Origin: Octopus vulgaris
Lineage: Eukaryota
Assembly (NCBI GenBank): GCA_951406725.2
Contig: OX597823.1
Coordinates: 18,910,001 to 18,974,000, forward strand
Length of the DNA stretch: 64,000 nt
Direction: 5' to 3'
Part shown: piece by piece, positions 27,891 through 43,603 of the stretch
Numbering within the stretch: position 1 is the first letter of the stretch
Layout: every line of letters starts with the position of its first letter
Notes under the pieces: generated by a model
Told to the model about the DNA's origin: nothing
The model's input: the letters and a program-made list of their open reading frames with translations, nothing else
Database searches by the model: none
Position numbers and translations under genes: made by a program

Positions 27891-28209
27891 CACTAGTCCT
27901 CTGAACACCTAAACTCTCACACTGAACCCCAAGTTAGCTCACATACTAGCAATAACACAATCTTTAATAACCCACCTCAACTAAATAATACTAAACTCAA
28001 GCCAGCATGTGACAACAAATGTAACCTATGTGACCTATGTGACCACAAATACTAGCTCCAATACCGCCTCCCAATCCAATACAAATTACGCTTTAGGTTC
28101 TCCCCCACGAACAATAAATGAACCAAATTCAACCTCACTAGTAGTAAACCCCAACAAAAGTAGTGTACTATAATTGGTAAATGTATAAGGATGTAATGCG
28201 ATGTAATAA

Positions 28210-28790
28210 GATGTTACTGTCCGTAAGAGGAAGCAGAGCAGCCGAGGCGGAAGATGAGTTGTTGTTCTTTTTGATAACGAGAAGTAGGTAATCTTCACAA
28301 ATTGAGAGATGGGAAACTGTGAATGCGAGCGAGTTGTAGTGACATCCAGTTGGTGATATATTATAGTTCAGGTGAATATCACATGAATCTTCAATTATTC
28401 AATCTACTAATCTGTGGCCAGTTTCTCTAATATTTAAGACCACAGAAATAATATTTAAGGCAGTAAATAATATTTTGCGGGGTACAGATGAAATTCTCTG
28501 AGAAGAGAAAGAGACAGTGGCTGTGGTTTCGTTGGCTCCAAATACTGAGTTTTTGATTAATGGCATGTATTACTCTGGACTCAGAGTGTTAAGGGGTTAA
28601 AAGAGCAGCAAATCAGAAACTTGTTTGGAGCAGGGAAAGAGTTCTTTTATGGAAAATTGGGGAAATAGTAGAGTCTAGGCAGAAGGAATGGAACGCGAGT
28701 AAGATAGAGCGTTGAAGAGATAAGGTATTAGGACCATAGGTGAGTGGGTAGAGTGGACGATCGAGGAACGGACAGGTGCAGGACGTAGGT
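28210..28790 (-). pseudogene. Degraded Penelope-like GIY-YIG endonuclease region
   Basis: Minus strand FICTPQNIIYCLK..ETGHRL..DIHLNYNISPTGCHYNS..QKEQQLIFRLG. Confidence 0.7.
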
Positions 28791-29418
28791 GCAGAAATAT
28801 GATCGATTTACGTTACCAAATGTCGTACATTTATTTACAATCATACACATACACACACATACATTTTCATACACACACACATATATATATATATATACGT
28901 ATAGATAACGGCGTTGGTTTAGTCCAACATAGAGAGCTTGTGGATGCAAAATTATGCATTACCTGTATGTGTATACCTGTGTGTGTGTCTGTGGAAGTGT
29001 CTAATATAGAAAACCAATATATGAGTCTTGATATTCGACTAAAACGTTAACCAGATTTTTCATTATCAAATTAGTACAATGCATTACTTTCAGTTGCAGT
29101 GATACGACAAAACTATAACTGCTTCACTCCACACCCAATATATATCAAATACTACAGTGAAAATAGCATTCTGAGATCTAATCTGAAGTACTCTTGTCAA
29201 CGTTTCATATATTATATCAGCCACCACCTAGCAGATTGTTTGATATCTCATATCAATACATATTCCGATAGATGTGTTCAGGCTTTCATCATCGATTATA
29301 TAAAAATGTTTGTTTGATCGTCTTTACCTTTGATCGATAGTGAGAGTACATTGATATAGTCGGGCGTTTTTATGTGCATATGTGTGTGTGTGTATTATAT
29401 AAATATATATATATACAC

Positions 29419-29546
<128 letters not shown>

Positions 29547-29642
29547 GTGCGTCTGTCTGTGTGTATACACGCATACACACATACAGGTATATTATATATA
29601 TATAAGATATACCTATATGTATTTATACACATTCATATGCAT

Positions 29643-29726
<84 letters not shown>

Positions 29727-29821
29727 TCTGGTACTGGTGTGTGTGTTTGCATATATATATATATGTATACACACACATGCACGCACGCACGCACACACAT
29801 ATGTATATATGTATGTATGAA

Positions 29822-29963
29822 AGGCGGCGAGCTGGCAGAAACGTTAGCACGCCGGGCGAAATGCGTACCAGTTACGCACTGGGATCGATGTAATCGACTT
29901 AATCCGTTTGTCTGTCCTTGTTTGTCCCCTCTGTGTTTAGCTCCTTGTGGGTAGTAAAGAAAT
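29822..29963 (+). mobile_element. SINE group B, internally deleted
   Basis: Head joined directly to the tail through a GTA microhomology. Confidence 0.85.
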
Positions 29964-30485
29964 ATATAAATGTATGTATGTATATATACACGCATGTAGT
30001 AAAAAGTGCTATAGTTATTAAATGATAATACGGGTACATATAACGATAGCAAGTCTGGATCTGTTCTTTGACAATAAGTCAGTTCTTTTTCAAAATGATG
30101 TGCGTGTGAGCACGCACGCGTGTGTTTGTGTATGTGTGTGCGCGCGTGTGTGTATATGTTTGTATGTTCGTGTGTAGGCACGCGCGTGTATGCGTTTGTG
30201 CGTGTTAGTTACTGCCTATATTACGCAATATAAATTTATGCAGGGTCATGGGGTCACCAACTGACCGAAGCACAGGAAAAGACAAGGTAGCGTAGTGGGA
30301 AGAGATGGCAACAACACGACCTTTCATTTAGTATATAACAATCATGAACAACCAGGGGCCCGCCAAATGGTGATCCATGTTTCATGTAGCCCAGTTTCCA
30401 GAAGTGGGCTGCCTACCGTGCAGGGTATGATAGTATACACGCACGGGTACACAAATACCTACTTACACTAGTGTTCATATACATA

Positions 30486-30598
<113 letters not shown>

Positions 30599-30600
30599 AT

Positions 30601-30749
30601 AGGGAAAGTTTACGAAAAAAACAAAAGACGAAGACAGGTGGTGTACAAAACAAACAGATGTATTAGTATAACGCTCAGGAATAGAAAAAGTCTTTTACGT
30701 TTCGAGCCTACGCTCTTCTACAGAAAGGCACACAGAAAAAAAAAAAAAT
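30601..30749 (-). mobile_element. Short element family H1 with variant hammerhead motif (30692-30727)
   Basis: CTTT-CTGTAGA-A-GAGC-GTAG-GCTC-GAAAC-GTA-AAAG; copies near 42631, 55310 and 56228. Confidence 0.7.
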
Positions 30750-30876
30750 ATATATATATATACGAAGGTATCATTAATTCTATTATTATCCAATGTAACT
30801 ATTTTTAAAATGATAATAACAGAACCAATGACACAGGCGATAGCAGGCCAAAAAATATCATTAAATAGCCGAGGGA

Positions 30877-31239
30877 TTAAAATTAATCAAAAGACATACT
30901 AGGTATGTCTACCTGCTTGAAATAACAGATTATTTTACACTGGTGGCTGTTGTGATTTCGGCGCGAAACGAATCAGTTGCAGCAAAGACTTCGAAGCGAT
31001 GGGTTGGGAGTCTCTAATCATGGTAATGCGTGCTGAAGAAGCTAAGGTTTATTTTACCAATGCAGAAACCGGTCCACGTGAGTCCAAATACTTAAATGTA
31101 TGTTAGTAGATTGTCTTAACCTGATTTTGCCTTCGTTTATTTTCTGTAGTTTTCATCAGTGTATTTTTGGTGATTTAATAAGAGTTTTGACTGTTATTTC
31201 AAGCAGGTAGACATACTTAGTATACCCTTTGATTAATTT

Positions 31240-31242
<3 letters not shown>
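30877..31242 (+). mobile_element. PLE-type non-coding element with a hammerhead and 52-bp inverted terminal copy
   Basis: Inverted repeat 30877-30928 / 31191-31242; hammerhead at 31029-31078; ends in (TA)n. Confidence 0.7.
31029..31078 (+). ncRNA. Minimal type I hammerhead ribozyme motif
   Basis: Stem I CGTG/CACG, core CTGAAGA, GAAAC-CG-GTC with palindromic stem III (ACCGGT); stem II imperfect. Confidence 0.65.
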
Positions 31243-31301
<59 letters not shown>

Positions 31302-31303
31302 TG

Positions 31304-31355
<52 letters not shown>

Positions 31356-31499
31356 TGTATGTATGTATGTATGTATGTATAGTCAGTTTAAGGATATCTT
31401 ATCCTCTTTATGGATTAATACATCCAACATTTTACTGGTTTAATCCCCATCACATTAGGAGAAAAATTCTACATTGCGTTATGGATTATAATAATAGGT

Positions 31500-31726
31500 A
31501 AAATTAATAATGTAAGAAAATGGAGAGTTAAAGATGTCTAGTTAATTTATTTGCTTCATATTTTATTTTTAAGATATAAATTCAAATAATTTTTTAAAAA
31601 ACACAATAGAAGTCTTCTACTGTGTTTTTTTTTAATTTATTTGTATTTATATTTTAAAGACAAAATATGAAGCAAATAAATTAACTAGACATCTTTAACT
31701 CTTCATTTTCTTACATTCTTAATTTT
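31500..31726. repeat. About 227-bp imperfect palindrome (foldback)
   Basis: Arms are reverse complements around TAGAAG-T-CTTCTA (centre 31613). Confidence 0.9.
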
Positions 31727-31827
31727 TCAACCAAAACCTTTAAATGTTCTCAGCGACGATGTAATACATGCTCCTACATCAACAATATTACCACCATCAC
31801 GGGGCCCAAGAAGCAATATCACATAAT

Positions 31828-32841
31828 GGGTACAGTGAACTTGCCGTGAAGAGTGGAATATCTAACGCATCGGATTAAATCCTTCGTCAGGGGGAAGAGA
31901 AAAAGAGAAGAAAAAGAGAAAAAAGTCAGAGTTTACATCCTCTCTGTTTCACTTCGGCGAATTTCATATAATGCATCATAACGCATCTGCGGTGCTCTTT
32001 ACATTGGAGAAACAGGACGACGCCCTGGGGATCGCTTTCGAGAACACATCAGAAGCATAATGCTACATACGCCAGGCCAACATGTTGCCACTCACTTCAA
32101 CACTGTGAATCAGTCTATTGCAGATTTATCAGTGTCTGGTATGGCCTTGCACCACGGGCCCCCTTCTCTAGGAAACGAAAGGAGCAACGTCTCATATTTG
32201 ATCTTGGCACTACGCCCCCAACAGGTATGAATAAGGCGGCGAGCTGGCAGAAACGTTAGCACGCCGGCCGAAATGCTTTGTAGTATTTCGTCCGCCGCTG
32301 CATTCTGAGTTCAAATTCCGCTGAGGTCGACTTTGCCTTTCATCCTTTCGGGGGTCGATTAAATAAGTACCAGTTACGCACTGGGGTCGATATAATCGAC
32401 TTAATCCGTTTGTCTATCCTTGTTTGTCCCTTCTGTGTTTAGCCCCTTGTGGGTAGTAAAGAAATAGGTATGAATAAACGTTTTTCCTTTCATCCTTTCA
32501 CCTCCTCTTAATCCATTTTTTTTTACCCTCTTTAATCCCTCTCTTCCACCTTCTCTCTGCAACATTCCCGTATTTACTTACCTCTACTTTCACTATCATC
32601 CTTTTCCTTCTCCTTTCTGCACACCCTCTCCAATAATTTCTGTTTAACTTTAGCAGCCCGTGTTATTCTGCGTCCATTATCAGTTGCAGCCAGTTTTTCA
32701 TTCTGAGAGGATGTAAACTCTGTTTGACTTTTTTCTCTTTTTCTTCTCTTTTTCTCTTCCCCCTGACGAAGGATTTAATCCGAAGCGTTAGATATTACTC
32801 TTCACGTTAGAATTACTCTTCACGGCAAGTTCACTGTACCC
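31828..32841 (+). mobile_element. 5'-truncated Penelope-like element: inverted pLTR copy, GIY-YIG relic and pLTR
   Basis: 31828-31944 is the reverse complement of 32705-32841; the relic reads CGALYIGETGRRPGDRFREHIRSI..VATHFN..RKEQRLIFDLGTTPPTGMN; degenerate CTGACGA-AGGAT-TTA-ATCC-GAAG in the repeat. Confidence 0.85.
32235..32465 (+). mobile_element. SINE group B monomer nested in the PLE, 12-bp TSD
   Basis: AGGTATGAATAA at 32223-32234 and 32466-32477. Confidence 0.92.
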
Positions 32842-32880
32842 CTTTCGCTTTTTTCTATACTTTTTCAAGTCATGCTGACG

Positions 32881-34966
<2,086 letters not shown>

Positions 34967-35171
34967 ATATGTATGTATATATGTATATTGGCCTGCTCAC
35001 CTAGCCAGCGGGGTTCGAAAGCTAAAAACGATGCAAAAGCAATTCGACAAGCGATATATAACAACATCCGAGATGATAAAGAAACATAAAGCGATGAAGG
35101 ATACGCAGCAAATAAGCTTTTATTTTAGAGTAATTTTCTTATATGCATGTATATGTACTTGTGTGTACTGG

Positions 35172-35560
35172 ATGGAAGCACTCCGTCGGTTACGACGATG
35201 AGGGTTCCGGTTGATCCGAATCAACGGAACAGCCTGCTCGTGAAATTAACGTGTAAGTGACTGAGCACTCCACAGACACGTGCACCCTTAACGTAGTTCT
35301 CGGGGATATTCAGGGTGACACAGAGAGTGACAAGGCCGGCCCTTTGAAATACAGGTACAACAGAAACAGGAAGTAAGAGTGAGAGAAAGTTGTGGTGAAA
35401 GAGTACAGCAGGGATCACCACCATCCCCTGTCGGAGCCTCGTGGAGCTTTTTTGGGTGTTTTCGCTCAATAAACACTCACAACGCCCGGTCTGGGAATCG
35501 AAACCGCGATCCTATGACCGCGAGTCCGCTGCCCTAACCACTGGGCCATTGCGCCTCCAC
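35172..35560 (-). mobile_element. SINE group Y with tail T2, full length
   Basis: A box TGGCCCAGTGG, B-box-like TTCGATTCC; complete modules. Confidence 0.92.
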
Positions 35561-35899
35561 TTGTGTGTACTAGGGAGTTAGAGGACAAAGCAATTATCAG
35601 TGTGGTGACTGAATCTCGGCTCCAGGGTTACTTACAGAAACGTCATGGTCGACAAAGGAAACCGTCTTGGAAAAGGAGCAGAGTATTTACAAGAAGAAAT
35701 GGGGGAAATGAGCGAGTTTGTCTTTTGTTTTTCATTAATTATTTTGCAGACGTTGCAGTTATAGTTAAATGTCCCCCTAGTTGTGGGGGATCTTAAATGA
35801 CTTTTTCCATATGTTGTAGATTTTTGTTCCTGTGAAGCTCAGCAGTTGCTGTATGTAAATGAACCAACCGCAGGCTATGATGTTTTGTGTTGCATGTTT

Positions 35900-36125
35900 C
35901 GGTGGTTAGAGCGTCGGGCTCACAATCATAGATAGTGAGTTCAATTCCTGGCCTGTGCTACACACTTTATTTTACGTTGCTCCAGTCCACTCAGCTGTAG
36001 AAAGGAGCTGCAATGTCATCACTGGTGCCAAGCTGTATCGGCCTTTGCCTTTCCCTTGGATAACATCAGTGGCGTAAAGAGGGGACGCTGGTATGCATGG
36101 GCGACTGCTGGTCTTCCATAAAACA
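35900..36125 (+). mobile_element. SINE group X with partial tail T1
   Basis: Matches the reverse complement of 1680-1920. Confidence 0.8.
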
Positions 36126-36134
36126 TTGTCCGGA

Positions 36135-37240
<1,106 letters not shown>

Positions 37241-37721
37241 TGCTATAATGTGCGTTGGTGAGTGGGGGAGTGTATTACAATATGGTCTTATAATAAATAC
37301 ACACATACGTACCTATGCACGCACCTACATACATTCATACATACATAAATACATACATACATACATACATACATACATACATACACACACACATACATAC
37401 ATACATACATACATACATACATACATACATACATACATACATACATACATACATACATACATACGTACATACGTACATACATACATACATAACTACATAC
37501 CTGCACAAGGCCTTACTCTCATTTCGGTACACATGATACACAAAGTCATAGAAACCCATAAAATATGCACACATTGACACGGAACTTAACCAATTACAAC
37601 ATCTGTAAACTTCAAAGCGGTTAGATAAACGAAACCATCAAACCATAATGTTTATCTATTGTGTGAGGGTGTGTGTGTGTGTGTGTGTGTGCGTGTGTGT
37701 GCGTGCGTGTGTGTGCGTGTG

Positions 37722-37776
<55 letters not shown>

Positions 37777-37868
37777 ATGAGAATCTCTATGCATACATAC
37801 ATACCTATGTATTTATATATATATATGTCAAAGTGCGTGATTTTTATGTATGAATATATATTATATAC

Positions 37869-37972
<104 letters not shown>

Positions 37973-37999
37973 ATATATCCATATTTTTCACACACACAC

Positions 38000-38030
<31 letters not shown>

Positions 38031-39226
38031 CTTTCTATAATGTGTGTTTGTGAGTGGGGCAGTGTATTACAATATGGTCTTATAATAAATACATAAATAC
38101 ATACGTACGTACCTACATACATACACACATACATACATACATACATACATACATACATACATACATACATACATACATGCATACATACATACATAAATAC
38201 ATACATACATACATGCAGACAGACAAATTCATGTATGCTGTATATCTACATTACAGTAACTCCGAGTACCTGCTCATTCAGACTTGTGTGTGTGTGTGTA
38301 TGCATGCATGTATGTATGTATGTATGTATGTATGTATGTATGTATGTATGTATGTATGAATGTGAGTATGTATGTACGTATGCATGCAAGTGTGTGTCTT
38401 TGTTTGTATGTTTCTATGTATGCATACTTTCATGTATGTTTGTGTATTTAAACACACAGCCGCACGCCGCACTCACACACGCACACACACAATTTAAAGC
38501 ATGCACACACACACACACGATTCAAGTGATAGAACCAACACCAACGCCAACGCAACCCCACCGCCCATTGATATGATATTAAAAACTCTCACAGATTCAG
38601 AGACATTCAATTCGAAGCCATAAGATCTCAGTATGGTTTCTTTTTTCCTTTTCCGGGAAACTGTCCAGACGAAATAATGGAGACACGAGCTGTTTTGTAA
38701 TATTGCTCTCTGGATAAAACTTTCTTTATCAGTGTTTCGAGACCATTTTTATCTTTTCATTCTTTCGTTTCTGTTCCTCACTTCAAAGAACTGGTCCTCC
38801 ACCCAATATCTCTATATTAATCTGTGCCACTTCTCTTTATTTAGTTTACCTATATTAAACAAATGGTGCGTGTTTAAGTTTGGTTATTCCTAGCGAATAT
38901 AATATATATAGTCTGCTATATGTGCATATGCGTGCCTGTGCGTGCCTGTGCGTGCCTGTGTGTGCGTGTGGACTCTATAGTCTATAGACATACACATATA
39001 TACATACATATCTCAGCTTTTCACAACCGGGACCCGAAACCGTAATGACATCTATTGATAACAATGATGTGACTTCTTAATTAGGAAACTTTAAGGAAAG
39101 TTGTTCTAAACAAAATTATGGTAAAGACGAGATTTTATTATTAGTACCTTATTGGTTTAGTACGAGCAGCTTTAATATTTTTTCACCCCTTTATGAAGTT
39201 TGAGTTTATCAAAGAGAAATAAAATA

Positions 39227-39427
39227 CAGTTCTATATTTAAGAGATGAGGAATTATGTACAATATTCACATTATTTACATTATTTACATTAATTACATTT
39301 GACAGATACTTGTCTTCATCTTGTTTGTTGTTAACACAATGTTTCGGCTGATATACCCTCCAGCCTTCATCAGGTGTCTTGGGGAAATTTCGGACCTGGG
39401 TTCTCATTCCTAAGGTATTTTTCGATG

Positions 39428-39500
<73 letters not shown>

Positions 39501-39570
39501 TCAGGTCACTGCTTGGAATCGAACTCGGAATCTTGGGGTTATTAACCGCGCTCTTAACCACTACGCCATA
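39227..39570 (-). mobile_element. tRNA-headed SINE with internal (TAA)n and a hammerhead-containing tail
   Basis: A box TGGCGTAGTGG (39568-39558), B box GTTCGATTCC (39524-39515), (TAA)n, hammerhead at 39333-39378. Confidence 0.8.
39333..39378 (-). ncRNA. Minimal type I hammerhead ribozyme motif
   Basis: GACAC-CTGATGA-A-GGCTG-(10 nt)-CAGCC-GAAAC-ATT-GTGTT. Confidence 0.65.
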
Positions 39571-39579
39571 GCAGTAGTA

Positions 39580-39610
<31 letters not shown>

Positions 39611-39611
<1 letters not shown>

Positions 39612-39862
39612 TCAAAAGATAGTGCTCATGGGAACTGCTCATATCCTACGCAAAATACTCTCTATGTAATCCCAAGGTTTAAAACAAACTTTTTTTTTTT
39701 AATTTATGTATTAGACATTCACTAGTACAACACCCCAAAAAAACCCAAATATATGGCACACTAGGCATAACAACAACGTGAACTTCCAACCTGTTGTCTC
39801 TTGAGGTCTCTGGGTGAGACTTGGAGCCAACTTGTACAGACATAAAGCAAAAGTCAAACATA

Positions 39863-39864
<2 letters not shown>
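39611..39864 (+). mobile_element. R4/Dong-like family 2 extreme 3' end in (TAA)n
   Basis: IQKIVLMGTAHILRKILSM* plus a 3'UTR matching 11100-11356. Confidence 0.85.
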
Positions 39865-39942
<78 letters not shown>

Positions 39943-40091
39943 TCGAAAAATACCTTAGGAATGAGAACCCAGGTTTGAAATTTCCCCAAGACACCTGATG
40001 AAGGCTGGAGGGTATATCAGCCGAAACTTTGTGTTAACAACAAACAAGATGAGGACAAATATCCAACGAATGTAAATAATGTAAATAATAT
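39865..40091 (+). mobile_element. Inverted headless copy of the hammerhead SINE tail (motif at 39990-40035)
   Basis: Reverse complement of about 39275-39495; GACAC-CTGATGA-A-GGCTG..CAGCC-GAAAC-TTT-GTGTT. Confidence 0.85.
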
Positions 40092-40518
40092 AGAAATAAA
40101 ATAGTTATAAAGATATGTAATAATTTTTATGTCAAAACTATTGAAAAGGTTGCAAGACGCAACGAAAATTTTAGAAAAAAAAAAAGAAAAGTGGAAATTT
40201 TACCGGTGAGTGCGTTAAATTATAAGGCACCAAAAGAGAATGACACAACAGAATATGCTTCAACACACGAACTTGCATAAAGAATCTTGCAAACCAAATC
40301 AAAAAACGAAATAAATTTTTATGTAGTTTTCTGAAATATTGAATTGATTTCTAAGTTTCCATTGGTATAAAACGTTGGGAAACGCTGGGTTGGACGTACA
40401 TTTGGCCCACCTACAACTCTCTCTAAGGAAAAAAACCTTCCAATGAAATGGATCCTCGACGACAGGAGCAAAAGCACGATGGCAGTTGTACTGGCAATTG
40501 TTCAGTCTATATCAACGA

Positions 40519-40712
40519 CTGTTTCAGTCATTTGAATGTGGCCATGCTGGAGCACCGCCTTTAGTCGAGCAAATCGACACCAGGACTTATTCTTTGTAAG
40601 CCTAGTACTTATTCTATCGGTCCCTTTTGCCGAGCCGCTAAGTTACGGGGACGTAAACACACCAGCATCGGTTGTCAAGCGATGTTGGGGGGACAAACAC
40701 AAACACACACAC

Positions 40713-40786
<74 letters not shown>

Positions 40787-40788
40787 TC

Positions 40789-40839
<51 letters not shown>

Positions 40840-41034
40840 CGTATACATATAGATATATATATATATATATACGACGAGTTTCTTTCAGTTTCCGTCTACC
40901 AAATCCACTCACAAGGCTTTGGTTGGCCCGAGGCTATAGCAGAAAACACTTGCCCAAGGTGCCACGCAGTGGGACTGAACCCGGAACCATGTGGTTTGTA
41001 AGCAAACTACTTACCACACAGCCCCACCTGCGCC
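40519..41034 (-). mobile_element. SINE group A with expanded internal (TA)n
   Basis: Full modules. Confidence 0.92.
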
Positions 41035-41537
41035 TGTCTGTGTTAGTGAACTTACGTTCTGTACCACATCCAAGTGTTCCAAATGCATCGAGTATTATTA
41101 TTACAGCGACGAGAGCATTCTGCTTTTACACATACGAATCAAAGAACATCACACGCGCGTTATTATACAAAAAAAAAAGCATTTATAATTAAAGAAAATA
41201 ACAGGATCAAGGAATGGCGATCGCCATCAAAGTCATAGACCGATGTACCGGCAACTTGCAGTTCAAAGAAACCATCCTGATAATAAAAAAAAAACAAAAC
41301 AGAAACCAGTCATTAACACGCACCCATAATTAAATGAAACCCAGTAGCTATTAACGTGATTTCAACAACCCACCTTGCATTACAATACCTGACTTCCAGT
41401 TCCTCATTCCAACTCGTCGTAGCAGCCTTCTGACAGGGATAGCCCATGGAACATAATATAAAACCCCACTTTCTACATTTCAACATTCATGATCTTTCGG
41501 ATTTCCCTCATGCAAATTCTACACGTCAACATACAGA

Positions 41538-41613
<76 letters not shown>

Positions 41614-41727
41614 GTTTTTCTGCTATTAAATATTGAAATAAAAATTCAATATATTTGTTTTGTTCTCATTCATATTTAATCTTCCAAGTGTATTGTAATA
41701 GCCTTCTAACACTATATGCACGCACAT

Positions 41728-41976
<249 letters not shown>

Positions 41977-42572
41977 AAGAGATATTGTTTCCATTTTTAT
42001 TTTTTATTTTTTATTTAACTATCACTCAAATAAGATTATTTTTGTAATTATTTTTTTCTTTTTTTCCCAATACTATAAAAACCATGAAGGTCGACTTGAC
42101 TCTGTTATTGTTATTGTTGTTAATGCTATCATTGTAATATTGTTCCTCTGTTTATGGTTGCGTCCCCCGCAATCTGCTAATTTGATTGGGGGAAAAGTAG
42201 CGTACATCGTGTACTCAGAGAATTCAAAGAAAATACAACAGGAATCAAATGTATTCCATCCAGTGAGGCGTCCACACGCGGCTGTTGCTGAAAAAAAATA
42301 TTCAATTTGTCGTCGAGTCGTCGGTGCCTCCATGATGCTTAATTATAAAGAATAATCTTGTATAACGGAATATGAATGTAAACTCTGTAACTTAAAGCTG
42401 GTGTGTGATATAGAAACAAATGTTGTGATCTATTAAAGCCTGATAAACTTGATTCCCGTGTTATATTATTCTCTCCCGCGCGCTGTCTCTCGCGCTCTCT
42501 CTCTCACACACACATACACACACTCATACATACATGCATACATACATATAGATATGTGTGTGTGTAAGTATG

Positions 42573-42630
<58 letters not shown>

Positions 42631-42632
<2 letters not shown>

Positions 42633-42823
42633 ATTCGCCATGATAGATCGCTAGCCACTACACATTATTTTCTCTCCTTGTGTTCTGTGTTCCTTTCTGT
42701 GGAAGAGCATAGGCTGGAAACGTTAAAGACTTTTCACTTCCCGAGCGTTATACTAATACATCTGTTTGTTGTCTATACCACCTGTCTTCGTCTTTTGTTT
42801 TTCTTTTTTTGTGAATTCTCCCT
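42631..42823 (+). mobile_element. Family H1 element (variant hammerhead at 42693-42728) in (TA)n
   Basis: CTTT-CTGTGGA-A-GAGC-ATAG-GCTG-GAAAC-GTT-AAAG; (TA)n on both sides. Confidence 0.7.
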
Positions 42824-42853
42824 ATATATATGTATGTGTGTGTGCGTGTGTGT

Positions 42854-42940
<87 letters not shown>

Positions 42941-43544
42941 TTGGAGTTAGCTCAACGATAGCAACCTACATCTTTTCGAAACGGCCGTAAGATTTTATAC
43001 ATAAGTTTTATATATGTTTAGGATTCCTTATGAATCATTTTACATTCGCTTTTTTATCTTTCTCTTCATTGAATCAAATTCGAACATTCGGACTTCACAG
43101 ATACATTTATGGAATTATATTTTTGTATATTTATATTTATAAATTTTTATGTGTTTATAAATTTTTATATGTCTATGAATTTTTATACATTTATAAATTT
43201 TCGTGTATATCTTATATATCATATGTATGTCTATGTATGTCTATTGAACACCATGGAGAATTTCGTAACTATGGATTGAATGAATATATACAACGACGTT
43301 TGAATTCCTCTTCTCTCCTAAATTTAAATGTTATGTGTGTGTGTGTGTGTGTGTGTATGAAGGTAATTTTATAACTTCGTAAAAGCGAAAAAATTAAAAA
43401 TAGCACTGCTGGTAGAAGTGCTCAGGTAAGACTGAAACAAAAACAAAAAAAAAATTGAAGAATATAATGAATAAACGGTCTCATTGGTCAAAAGTAATTT
43501 AATAACATTCCCATTTTATCACAATATCAAACATAAATATATAT

Positions 43545-43603
<59 letters not shown>

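Noticed and set aside
39014-40386. hAT-like TIR pair CAGCTTTTCACAAC / GTTGGGAAACGCTG hosting the hammerhead SINE
   Set aside because: Only 14 bp with mismatches and no 8-bp TSD; possible but unsupported.
42073-42355. Short ORFs in unique sequence
   Set aside because: No recognisable protein; could be UTR or regulatory but nothing diagnostic.
42970-43000. GAAAC-GGCC-GTA half hammerhead
   Set aside because: No upstream CTGANGA; the 5' part is replaced by (TG)n.
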